DNA of 64,000 nucleotides, from positions 288,001 to 352,000 of the forward strand of contig CBDEUM010000014.1 of NCBI GenBank assembly GCA_965242925.1, in the 5' to 3' direction. Every line of letters begins with the position of its first letter. Position 1 is the first letter of the stretch. Positions 31,574 through 40,903 of this stretch are shown here, piece by piece. The DNA comes from Roseibacillus sp. (GTDB taxonomy: Bacteria; Verrucomicrobiota; Verrucomicrobiia; Verrucomicrobiales; Akkermansiaceae). Both the position numbers and the translations under genes were made by a program. The notes under the pieces are model-generated. The model made no database searches. It saw only the letters and a list, made by a program, of their open reading frames with translations, and was not told where the DNA came from.

Positions 31574-32032
31574 TCAAAGCACGTCGGTCAGTTGCTTCAC
31601 CCGCTTGAGCAGGACCTTGCCTCGGCGGTCCCCCTGCGAGGTCGGAATAAACCCGTCTCCCCGATCCGCCAGCAGGGCGCAACGCACCCGGTGGGTTCCG
31701 AACTCAACCTCGGTCACGTCCACCTCGGCACGAAGGAAGACCCCCGGACCAAACCACTCGCCGAATCTCTCCTGACCGACGCCGCCTCCCTTCCGCAGGA
31801 AGGCGAATTTGCCTCCCACACCACTCCCCGGTAACGGCTGAAAGCCGTCCCCTTGAAAGACGAACATGACCGCTTTCTCGATATTGTAGCGCGGGGCGAA
31901 CTCGATCTTCCGGGAGAGAACGCTTCCCGACACGGATCCGCCTCCCCCTCCGGTGGGTCCGCAAGCCGCAAGGAACAGGACCAGCGTCAGGCCAAAGCAG
32001 GAAAAAGGGAAGAACCGGACAAACCTATTCAT
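31574..32032 (-). CDS. hypothetical lipoprotein
   Basis: Signal peptide ending in lipobox LAAC followed by a Gly-rich linker. Confidence 0.65.
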   Translation of the reverse strand: MNRFVRFFPFSCFGLTLVLFLAACGPTGGGGGSVSGSVLSRKIEFAPRYNIEKAVMFVFQGDGFQPLPGSGVGGKFAFLRKGGGVGQERFGEWFGPGVFLRAEVDVTEVEFGTHRVRCALLADRGDGFIPTSQGDRRGKVLLKRVKQLTDVL

Positions 32033-32170
32033 GGCCGGCAGTGTGCCCACCCTGTCCCCGGAATCAAGAAGCCCCTGCCACCCCTGCCGTGGCACCCCGG
32101 AATGATCCAATGGCTCCGGAACTCAAGAGCTCCTTGACTCAGAGCGTGCAGTGTCCTACCTCCGCTCCCC

Positions 32171-33290
32171 ATGCCAGAACCTTCATTCAGCGACGACCTC
32201 CAGGCGCTCGACACCACGGCCCTCAAGGGCCGCTTGTCGGAACTCCGGAGGTATCTTTGACGTCCCTGAACTGGAGAAGAACATCGCTACCATCGAAAAG
32301 AAGATGGAGTCCCCGGACTTCTGGAACGACCAGAACGCCGCCCAGTCGACGGTCAGGGAGGCCAGCCGGCTCAAGGGCAAACTCCACCCCTTCCTCAGGC
32401 TCGAGGAACGCCTCCAGAACGTGGAGGCCGGGATCGAACTGGCGCGCGAATTCAATGATGCCGACTCGGCCCAGGAGGCCTCCGACGAATTCAAGACCCT
32501 CACCCGCGACATCGATTCCTTTGAGCTGGTAACCCTCCTCGACAAGCCGACCGATCTCAACAATGCCTACCTGTCCATCCAGGCGGGGGCCGGCGGCACG
32601 GAGGCTTTCGACTGGGCCCAGATGCTTCAGCGCATGTACATGCGCTGGGCGGAGAGCAGGGGATTCAAGGTGTCCGTCACGGACGAGCAGGAGGGGGAAG
32701 GTGCGGGCATCTCCAGCGCCTCCCTCAAGATTGAGGGAGAGTATGCCTACGGCTACCTGAAGAACGAACGCGGGGTGCATCGCCTGGTGCGCATTTCTCC
32801 CTTCGATGCAGCCGGCAAGCGTCACACTTCATTCGTCGCAATCGACTGCACACCGGAGATCTCCAAGGACATCAATATCGAGATTCCCGAGGGCGACGTC
32901 GAAGTGCAAACCACCCGCTCCGGCGGAAAAGGCGGCCAGAATGTCAACAAGGTGGAAACGGCGGTCATCCTGAAACACAGTCCCTCCGGCATCCTCATCC
33001 GTTGCACGCAGGAGCGCTCCCAGCTGCGCAACCGCGAACTGGCCTGGGAACTTCTCAAGGCCAAGCTCTACCAGATTGAGGAGGACAAGCAGAAGGCAGA
33101 GGCGGACCGAACCTACGGCGAGAAGGGCGAAATCGGATTCGGCAGCCAGATCCGCTCCTACGTCTTCCAGCCCTATCAGATGGTCAAGGATCTCCGTACG
33201 GGCCATGAAACAGGGAATATCCAGGCCGTCATGGACGGGGACCTCGATGGCTTCATCGAGGCCAAGCTGCGCGGTCAGGAGAGATCCTGA
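32171..33290 (+). CDS. prfB: peptide chain release factor 2, with programmed +1 frameshift at 32255-32261
   Basis: ATG 32171 reads [29 protein letters not shown] then CTT TGA C; +1 frame continues DVPELEK...; SPF and GGQ motifs present. Confidence 0.97.
32247..32261 (+). promoter_or_regulatory. RF2 autoregulatory frameshift cassette
   Basis: Internal SD-like GGAGG, then TAT, then CTT TGA C. Confidence 0.95.
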
Positions 33291-33345
33291 TTTCGAGGCC
33301 ATTGAAGGTTGGCACCCTCAAAATTTTTGTTAGGGTCGGACTCCG

Positions 33346-34101
33346 ATGAAACGATTCTGGTGCTTCCTGCTGGCCCTCGTCTGCCCCGCCCTTGCAGACG
33401 TGGAATGGCGCAGCTTTGAAAACGCGGACAAGACCAGGTCCTTCCAGGGGCGTCTGGTCGGCTACGATCCCGCCCGGAAAAAGGTCACCGTGCAGAAGAA
33501 ATCAACCCTGCGCCCGGTCACCTTCAGCGTGGCCCTGCTTTCCGAGGAGCACCGCAAGTTCGTGGAAAAGCGCGCCGTAGAACTGGAAGCAGCTGGCGGC
33601 CTGCGCATGATGTTTTACCAGACGATCGAGAAAACCGGGAGCAACCGCAGCGGTGACACCCGCACCAGCAGTTACAACGGTGGCTATAAGATCGAAATCC
33701 GGAACTTCCTTCGTCGTGCCATCCAGGATGTCTCGGTCGACTATATCGTGATTTACCGCAAGGACTCGACCAAGGGTAATGGGACAAGGAGCGTTAAGAG
33801 AGGATCTAGGGACCTCACCGCCCTGGTGCCCAACTACGACGAGAACATCGTCATCGATGGCATCCCACTCACCAGCTACTACAAAGCTGGCTCGGTCTCG
33901 GTAACGGGGGCGGCGGGATCGACATGATGTCGCGGTGGTGGTGGCGCGGTCAGCGCCACGAGGTCACAGCGAAGCCGCGACTCCCTGGTCGGTTGCATTG
34001 CCCAGATTAAAGTGGGTGGCAAGGTGGTGAAGACCGAGGCGTCGAGCGCTGATGTGCTCCGCCAGTACAGCGGCGCCTTTGGATCATCTGACGCCCGGTA
34101 A
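33346..34101 (+). CDS. secreted hypothetical protein with SHD1-like N-terminus; probable selenoprotein (UGA 33925-33927 = Sec194, 251 aa)
   Basis: Signal peptide MKRFWCFLLALVCPALA; frame stays open 57 codons past UGA to TAA 34099-34101; SECIS-like hairpin 13 nt after the UGA. If UGA is a true stop the CDS is 33346-33927. Confidence 0.7.
33925..33960 (+). promoter_or_regulatory. candidate bacterial SECIS element
   Basis: Perfect 7-bp stem GTGGCGC (33941-47) / GCGCCAC (33953-59) with loop GGTCA starting 21 nt after the UGA. Confidence 0.65.
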
Positions 34102-34181
34102 GCCGGTAGCCACTCAGGCTCTCCGGTTCCTGTGCGAACCTCCGGGGGGCAACCCCTTTCCGGGCTCCAGGCAGCTTCAAC

Positions 34182-35561
34182 CTAGCGAAAGGAAACGTCC
34201 TGGCCGACGGCAACCAGCTTGCCCCAGAGTTGCTGGGGAGATTCGCCCGGAGCGGTCATGACGAAATGGGGGGCATATTCCCGTCCCAACCCCAATTCCT
34301 CGACGAAATCGCGAAAAAGGTCCCGGAGCGCATCGCGCACAACAGGATCGGAGTTGGCCGGCAGAAGAAAGAGCACAGATCGGCGACCTTCCTCGTGGGA
34401 GTTGCTGAGAAGCGTCCTGTGAGGGAGTAGCTCCAAGAGGTCGCGGAATGACTCGGCGGAATCCACTCCGTCGTCAAAGTCGAAGGGAACGCGCACCAGG
34501 GTGGAGGGAGCCGCGTACTTGGTGTGGGTTGTCACCGCCGCTTCCATGGCAGCATAGAATTCATACTGGTCGATGGAGCGGTGGCGGGCCTCGTCATGAA
34601 GCGGCGGGGCTGGGGACCCGATCCTTCGATCGCAGACTGACTTCATCATCTCAAAGGACCCCGGCTGGAGGTTGTTGAAAGGCACATCCTGCACGATCAG
34701 GACGTGGGTTGTTGCCCTGTCGGCACCGTTGGTGATGGGATACGCTGCAAGATACCCGGACCTGCGTGAAGGGGGATTTTGCAGAAGGGTCTTCTGGACC
34801 AGAAAGCAGTTCCGGGCCAGGGACTCCGCCACGATCTGGTGATCATCCCGCAGCAGGTGCTCCGGGAAGTGCGCGGAGTCCCCCAGGGAGGCAACCCGCA
34901 CAAGAGCTGCAGCCCGGGACTCCAGAGGCACCTCGTAAAGTGCCGCACTGCCTGCGTGAGTGATCCGGGCCAGAGCCGCGAGAAGATCTGACGGGACGAA
35001 ATCGCTACAGGTTTCCACCGCCTCTCCCAGGTCCTCCTCCAGTTGTTCCTCCAGAGAATCCGCCTCGGCGCCATGGAATTCGAGCCTTTGCTGGAGATCC
35101 TGCCGGGAAAGCACGAGCAACTCCTTCTCGGCGTGCACCCGGCGGTTCTCTCTCCTGAGCTCTTCACCCTCTTTTTCCAACTGCAATCCACACCGCTGCA
35201 GGCCCTCCGAAACCTGGCCCAGGAGAACCCCGAGGAGAGGGAAGGAGATCAGAGTGTAGCGATGCTCCGTGAGAGTGATCCCCTGGCCTGCCACATACCT
35301 TCCCACCACCAGGAGCAGAACAGTGAGTAGCCCGGCGCTGAGCCCGGCGCTGAATCCGTAACGAACACCGAGGAGCACAGGGATGAGAAGAAAGGGAGTC
35401 GGATTGACGCCAAACCAACCGGCATCTCCGGGAACGATCACGTAGTTCACCAAGGCCAGCAGCGCGAAGAACGCAACGAAGCGGAGAAGAAAGAACCGAA
35501 CAGGATATGGCCCGGGACAAGACACGGAGCCATGGACAAAGGGCAGGGTCTGGGCAGACAT
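34182..35561 (-). CDS. PelD-like membrane protein (4 TM + GAF-like + degenerate GGDEF-like)
   Basis: PGDAGWFGVNPTPFLLIPVLLGVRYGFSAGL resembles the PelD N-terminus; coiled coil LSRQDLQQRL; GAF-like middle region. Confidence 0.6.
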   Translation of the reverse strand: MSAQTLPFVHGSVSCPGPYPVRFFLLRFVAFFALLALVNYVIVPGDAGWFGVNPTPFLLIPVLLGVRYGFSAGLSAGLLTVLLLVVGRYVAGQGITLTEHRYTLISFPLLGVLLGQVSEGLQRCGLQLEKEGEELRRENRRVHAEKELLVLSRQDLQQRLEFHGAEADSLEEQLEEDLGEAVETCSDFVPSDLLAALARITHAGSAALYEVPLESRAAALVRVASLGDSAHFPEHLLRDDHQIVAESLARNCFLVQKTLLQNPPSRRSGYLAAYPITNGADRATTHVLIVQDVPFNNLQPGSFEMMKSVCDRRIGSPAPPLHDEARHRSIDQYEFYAAMEAAVTTHTKYAAPSTLVRVPFDFDDGVDSAESFRDLLELLPHRTLLSNSHEEGRRSVLFLLPANSDPVVRDALRDLFRDFVEELGLGREYAPHFVMTAPGESPQQLWGKLVAVGQDVSFR

Positions 35562-35967
35562 GGGGGAGGCAGAGGGCAAGGGTGTGGCAGCGCAATGCTT
35601 GCAGTGGCACTGCGGACAAGGTCCTTCAGATAACCGGACTACCTCAGTGTCGCCAAAAGGAAATTTAGAAATGAATTTAAGCGATGATGATATTCATGGT
35701 AATTCTTCCTGTCTCAGTTAAACGAAATTCTCCTGATATCTAATCATCTCAAATTAAATACGGGATCCCTAGTAGGATCCCTTTATCAGCGAAAACAGGG
35801 AGAATGGGGCCCAGTTGTTGATCTCATCCATCCTGCGGATCAAAACTTCAGGACAGCTCTTGGCTTCTCCTGAAAGAACGGGAAAACCCCTTAGTCGTGT
35901 AGCTGCGAAAATAAGGAAAACTTGGATCCGGGCCTTGGCCTGGAATTTCAGTTCTCTTTATCTAACA

Positions 35968-38955
35968 TCACTGCCGCGAACCCGGAACCACTTCCAGGAT
36001 GACCTTCTTCCCTTTGCGCAGCACGGTGATTTTCACTTTCTCTCCCACCTTGAGGGACTCCAGCAGGTAGGTGTAGTCGTAGATATTCTTCACTTCCTTG
36101 CCCGACACGTTGACCACCACGTCACCGGCTTCGATGCCGGCCTTGTCGGCCGGACCGCCCTTGGTGGCACCCGAGAGTTTGACCCCCACAATATCACCCT
36201 GGGAATAGTCGGGAACGGTTCCCAGATAGGCCCGCAAGTTGGCCCGTCGCCCCTGCCCTTCAGGGCGTTCCACCTTGACGTAATCGGGCTCCTCACCAGC
36301 GGCGGCCAGACCGCGGGCCACCAGGGCCATGAAACGCGTGACGCGCTCGGTCCCGGGGTAATTGATCTTGTCAGCAGTATCTCTGGGCGTGTGGTAATCA
36401 TCGTGAGCACCAGTGAAGGCGTTCAGAATCGGCACTTCGCGCAGGTAGAAGGATGTCGCATCCGTGGGCAGATAGGCATCGCTCTGCGTCTTGATGGACA
36501 ATCCGACAGGGACGTTGCGCTGTTCGATGATCCCAGGCCAGATTGAACTGGATCCCGTCCCCTGGAGGACGAGGGATTTGTCGAGACGACCCACCATGTC
36601 CATATTGAGATTAGCCGCAAAAATCCCATTGAGCTTGGCGTTTTCATCGCCCTTCAACTTCCGGGCAACCTCCTTGACGAAATGGGAAGAACCGATCAAT
36701 CCGATTTCCTCCCCGGACCAGGCCGCAAAGAGGACATCTCGCTTGAGCTTGAGTTTCCCGGCCTTCTGCTGAGAAGAGAGATACTGGGCGATCTCCAGCA
36801 AACCCGCCACCCCCGAGGCGTTATCATCCGCACCAAAATGAATTTCCTGCGCCTCTTTTCCGGTGGCTCGCGAGCCACCGCCATGGGTCCCCAGATGATC
36901 GACATGTGCCCCGAGAATAAGCGCCGGCCGCCTCTGGGCTTCCGGGTCCGCGGCGACCAGCCGTCCCACCACATTACGGCCGGTTCGCTTCTGTTGGACA
37001 ATGTCAATCCGGGCCCCGAGAGCGGCCTTGGGAATCTTCAGGCCCATCATCATCTCTCCCTTGTCGAGAATGGTCTGGATCTCCTTGAGATTCTTGCCGG
37101 TTGCCGCAACCAATTTCTCGCCGATCTCCTTGCGCACCGAGAGTGCCGCGATACCGGAGTCCGCCATTGATGCATCATAGCTCAGTCTCACCAACTCCTC
37201 CCGCACCTTCGAATTCGGGCCGGCCACGAAGATGATTCCCCGGGCGCCCTTCTGGCGGGCCGTCATAGCCTTGTAGCGCATACTTGAGTAACGGGCAAAC
37301 TGGCGGCGGCGCTCTGCGCTCACGTTTTCAGGTATGAAGCGGAGAGCCAGCACCCACTTGTCCTTTACCGCCAGATGGTAATAGCTGGAGTACATCTTCG
37401 TCTTGGAGCCATCGGCATCCACCTGCCCTTCTGGGATCTCAATCCCGTATCCGGCGAAAACGATTTCCTCGGCCTTGATCTCTCCCAGCTGGGAAAAGGA
37501 AAGCGGACGCCAGTCCTCGTCTACCTTGAGGTCCAGTTCTTCATCCCCCGTCTTCAGGACGAGCGTGTTCCCCTTGCCGAGATCCATCCCCGCCGTGAAC
37601 TCGAAGGGGTGAAAGTAGTTGTCGCCCAGAAAGGGTTTCAACCCGAACTCTTCGAAGGCTCGTGCCACGTAGGCGGTCGCCTTGCGCTCCCCCGGCGTGC
37701 CCGTCATCCGGCCCTCCAGTTCAGGGCCCGCCAGGTACTCGATATGGTGACGAAGGTCCCCCTGGTCAACCTTGGAAGTCGTGGCTGCCAACCCCGCAAG
37801 AGCCTTGGTGGAAAGTTCCACCTTGGGGTCCTCCTTGCCTTGAGGGGGCGTTCCCCGGACAGGCGCGGCGGCAAGAAGTTCGAGGGCAGCGCTGTGATTC
37901 CAGTCCGCCAGAAAAATCTGTGAACCCTTCTTGCCCGTCCGTTTGCTGGTCCAGGACAGGCGCTTCCCATCAGGGGAAAATGCAGGCAACCCGTCGAATC
38001 CGTCCGTCCAGGTCACCCGCACCGGTTCCCTGGCCCCAGCCGCGTCAACCAGGTAGAGCTCAAAGTTGGCGAAACCGTTCAGATTCGTTGCGAAGATAAG
38101 ATACTCACCACTCGAGTGGAAGTAGGGCGCCCACGACATCGCGTCCAGGGCAGTGAGCTGTTTCTCGTTACTCCCGTCGACATTCATGGTCCAGATCTCG
38201 GCCTGATCCCCTTCCCGGTTGAAACGCCGCCAACAGATCTTCGATCCATCCGCATTGAAGAACGCCCCGCCATCGTAACCGGGCTCCGACGTCAGCTGTT
38301 TCACATTGGAGCCATCCGCATCCATGATGAAGAGGTCCATCAGGAAGGAAGGATTGAGCTTGAACCACTCCCGGTCCTTTGCGCTGAGCCTGTCGGCATC
38401 GGAGTAGCCCAGACGGTTGGATCCAAAGACCACCTTACGCCCATCCGGTGAGTAGGCCCCCTCCGCATCGTAGCCTGGCGTTCTGGTCAGGTTACGGGAT
38501 TTCTTCGTCTCCAGATCATACTCGTAGATGTCGAAGAAGGCATCGTAGTCCCAGGAATAACGCTTCTCCTTGCCCTCCGCCCGACGCTTCAACGCTTCCT
38601 CCTGTTTTTTCCTCGCATCGGGATCGCTGTGAGTGGAGGCGAACATGACCTTCTTCCCCCCGGGGTGAATCCAGGCACACGTCGTCTTGCCATGGCCGGG
38701 AGAGATGCGCTCGGTATCGCCGGTCTCCAGATCAATCAGGTAGATCTGGAAAAACGGATTATCCTTCTCCCGTTCACTCTGGAAAATCATCTTGCTCCCA
38801 TCCGCACTGAAATAGCCCTCCCCGGCCCGCTTGCCCGCGAAGGTGAGCTGCCGGGTGGAGGAGAGAAGGCGCGCTTCATTTTCTGCCGCCTCGTCCGCAA
38901 GGGCAGCCACAGGCACACTCAAGGCGAGGGAAATCAGGAGATAAACAGTTCTCAT
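35968..38955 (-). CDS. secreted M28-family metallopeptidase with TolB-like (PD40) propeller, PA and PDZ domains
   Basis: AGEGYFSADG and GYDAEGAYSPDG repeats; ILGAHVDHLG, GADDNASG, WSGEEIGLIGS, NMDMVGR, HDDYHTP; C-terminal PDZ YLGTVPD. Confidence 0.92.
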   Translation of the reverse strand: MRTVYLLISLALSVPVAALADEAAENEARLLSSTRQLTFAGKRAGEGYFSADGSKMIFQSEREKDNPFFQIYLIDLETGDTERISPGHGKTTCAWIHPGGKKVMFASTHSDPDARKKQEEALKRRAEGKEKRYSWDYDAFFDIYEYDLETKKSRNLTRTPGYDAEGAYSPDGRKVVFGSNRLGYSDADRLSAKDREWFKLNPSFLMDLFIMDADGSNVKQLTSEPGYDGGAFFNADGSKICWRRFNREGDQAEIWTMNVDGSNEKQLTALDAMSWAPYFHSSGEYLIFATNLNGFANFELYLVDAAGAREPVRVTWTDGFDGLPAFSPDGKRLSWTSKRTGKKGSQIFLADWNHSAALELLAAAPVRGTPPQGKEDPKVELSTKALAGLAATTSKVDQGDLRHHIEYLAGPELEGRMTGTPGERKATAYVARAFEEFGLKPFLGDNYFHPFEFTAGMDLGKGNTLVLKTGDEELDLKVDEDWRPLSFSQLGEIKAEEIVFAGYGIEIPEGQVDADGSKTKMYSSYYHLAVKDKWVLALRFIPENVSAERRRQFARYSSMRYKAMTARQKGARGIIFVAGPNSKVREELVRLSYDASMADSGIAALSVRKEIGEKLVAATGKNLKEIQTILDKGEMMMGLKIPKAALGARIDIVQQKRTGRNVVGRLVAADPEAQRRPALILGAHVDHLGTHGGGSRATGKEAQEIHFGADDNASGVAGLLEIAQYLSSQQKAGKLKLKRDVLFAAWSGEEIGLIGSSHFVKEVARKLKGDENAKLNGIFAANLNMDMVGRLDKSLVLQGTGSSSIWPGIIEQRNVPVGLSIKTQSDAYLPTDATSFYLREVPILNAFTGAHDDYHTPRDTADKINYPGTERVTRFMALVARGLAAAGEEPDYVKVERPEGQGRRANLRAYLGTVPDYSQGDIVGVKLSGATKGGPADKAGIEAGDVVVNVSGKEVKNIYDYTYLLESLKVGEKVKITVLRKGKKVILEVVPGSRQ

Positions 38956-39049
38956 GTGTGAAATCCTAATAGAATCAGGCCTCCTATACGTCAATCGTAT
39001 GCTCGGAATTGCTTTTCGTTTCAAAATTCCTCACTGAGAGGCGCTCACC

Positions 39050-39745
39050 ATGCGCATCGACATCGTCACGCTCTTCCCCGAAATCGCCCTCGCGCCCCTG
39101 AACGAGAGTATCATCAAACGGGCACAGGAGGCCGGGATCGTGGAGATTCACGCTCACGATCTGCGGTCCTGGGCGAAGGACAAACACCGCAAGACCGACG
39201 ACTATCTCTGCGGGGGAGGCCAGGGCATGCTGCTCAAGCCGGAGCCTCTCTTCGCGGCGGTCGAAGACCTGCGCCAGGAATCAACCGTGGTGATCCTGGC
39301 AACCCCCCAGGGAAGGCCCTTCATGCAGAACGATGCCCACCGGCTCGCCACCGATGATCATCTCCTCTTTCTCTGTGGCCATTACGAGGGTGTGGATCAC
39401 CGGGTGATTGAGGAACTGGTCGACGAAGAAATCAGCATTGGTGACTACGTGCTGACAAATGGAGCTCTTGCCAGTGCGGTCATCTGCGATGCAGTCATCC
39501 GCCTCCTGCCCGGAGCCCTCGGCGACGAGCGGTCCCCCGAAGAGGAGTCCTTCTCGGATCCAAACCTGTTAGAATCTCCCGCCTACACAAAGCCTGTCGA
39601 TTTTCGAGGACTCAAGGTTCCGGAGGTTCTCCTTTCGGGCCACCACGGCGAGATTGAAAGATGGAAACAGGCGCGCGCTCTGGAGCGCACCCGCAGAAAT
39701 CGTTCCGATCTGCTCGATTCGCCACCTGAAGCGGAGGAGCAGTAA
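39050..39745 (+). CDS. trmD: tRNA (guanine37-N1)-methyltransferase
   Basis: IDIVTLFPE, GGGQGMLLKPEP, LCGHYEGVDHR, SIGDYVLTNG. Confidence 0.96.
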   Translation: MRIDIVTLFPEIALAPLNESIIKRAQEAGIVEIHAHDLRSWAKDKHRKTDDYLCGGGQGMLLKPEPLFAAVEDLRQESTVVILATPQGRPFMQNDAHRLATDDHLLFLCGHYEGVDHRVIEELVDEEISIGDYVLTNGALASAVICDAVIRLLPGALGDERSPEEESFSDPNLLESPAYTKPVDFRGLKVPEVLLSGHHGEIERWKQARALERTRRNRSDLLDSPPEAEEQ

Positions 39746-39829
39746 CCGTGGCACGATCCCCTTGCCCCTGACATTGCAGACCGGCGTTTCTCTCTCGCCA
39801 CTGCTTACCGGCCACTGATAGAAACGAGC

Positions 39830-40702
39830 ATGCACAGCATGACCGGATTTGGCCGCGGAACCCATGCCACTGAACGCGTTGTGATCCGCGTGGAGGCCTC
39901 CTCGGTCAACCGCAAGCAGGGCGAGGTCCACTTTTTCATGCCCCGCGATCTCGCTGAACTGGAACCCCGCCTGCGCAAGCACGTCCTGGGCCGGATCACC
40001 CGCGGACGGATCAACATCAACGTCAATCTCGAACACCCCAGCGGGGCGGGTGGCGGCATCCGGGTGGACATGGGGAAGGCCCGTGCCCTGAAAGCGGCCT
40101 TCACCAGGCTGTCCGATGGCCTCGAACAGGAACTCACCCCCGGGAGCACCGACTACCTCCGCGCTCCCGATATCTTTGTCTTCGAAGAAGACTACCAGGT
40201 GGAAGAGATCTGGACCGCCCTGCAACCGGCTCTGGATGAGGCTCTTGACAGCCTGATCGAGATGCGCGCCGAGGAGGGTGCCGACCTCCAGGTCGAACTC
40301 GAACGTATCCTTGCCGCGCTTGAGGCCCTCACCCATGAGATTGAGGAGCATGCCCCCTCAGTTGTCACCGCACATCGGGAGAACCTCCTGCGCCGCCTCC
40401 GTGATGCGGATCTGGATCTCGCTTCTGATGACGAGCGGATCCTCAAGGAGATCGCGCTCTTCGCCGACCGCTGCGAGATAACGGAAGAACTCGCCCGGTT
40501 GCGCTCACACCTCCGGAAGTTCCACAACTATATCGAAAACTCCGGGGTAGTGGGGCGATCGATGGATTTCCTCTGCCAGGAGATCAATCGTGAGTTTAAC
40601 ACCATCGGATCCAAAGCCAACGATGCCTCCCTTGCCCAGCTGGTCGTCACCGCCAAGACGGAACTCGAAAAGATCCGCGAACAGGTGCAGAATATCGAAT
40701 AA
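39830..40702 (+). CDS. yicC: YicC/YloC-family endoribonuclease
   Basis: MHSMTGFGR, SVNRK, EELARLRSH, GRSMDFLCQEINREFNTIGSK, REQVQNIE. Confidence 0.93.
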   Translation: MHSMTGFGRGTHATERVVIRVEASSVNRKQGEVHFFMPRDLAELEPRLRKHVLGRITRGRININVNLEHPSGAGGGIRVDMGKARALKAAFTRLSDGLEQELTPGSTDYLRAPDIFVFEEDYQVEEIWTALQPALDEALDSLIEMRAEEGADLQVELERILAALEALTHEIEEHAPSVVTAHRENLLRRLRDADLDLASDDERILKEIALFADRCEITEELARLRSHLRKFHNYIENSGVVGRSMDFLCQEINREFNTIGSKANDASLAQLVVTAKTELEKIREQVQNIE

Positions 40703-40903
40703 GCTGGCCTCGGGTCAGAAACCACACCCACCTCTGCAGGACAATGACCGCCGGGGGAGACCGTGGCGATCGTCCCTCGACGAAGCGGAGCCCTGCCATC
40801 CCGGCTGCCAGTTCTCCACTCCGGACAACCGGCTTTCCCATTCACGGCTTGCCATCTGCGGCCGGGAAAGCGTATTCCGAACACGCGCCTCTTCCTTTCC
40901 ACG

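Noticed and set aside
31450..31576. UGA read-through of the 31574 lipoprotein and of other TGA-ending genes checked (21067, 25903, 44651)
   Set aside because: The proteins end at plausible C-termini, and I saw no Cys directly beside the UGA or SECIS-like hairpin
33346..34101. Genome-wide UGA reassignment (code 4 or 25) as the explanation for the in-frame UGA
   Set aside because: prfB is intact with its UGA-dependent frameshift, and many conserved genes here end at TGA
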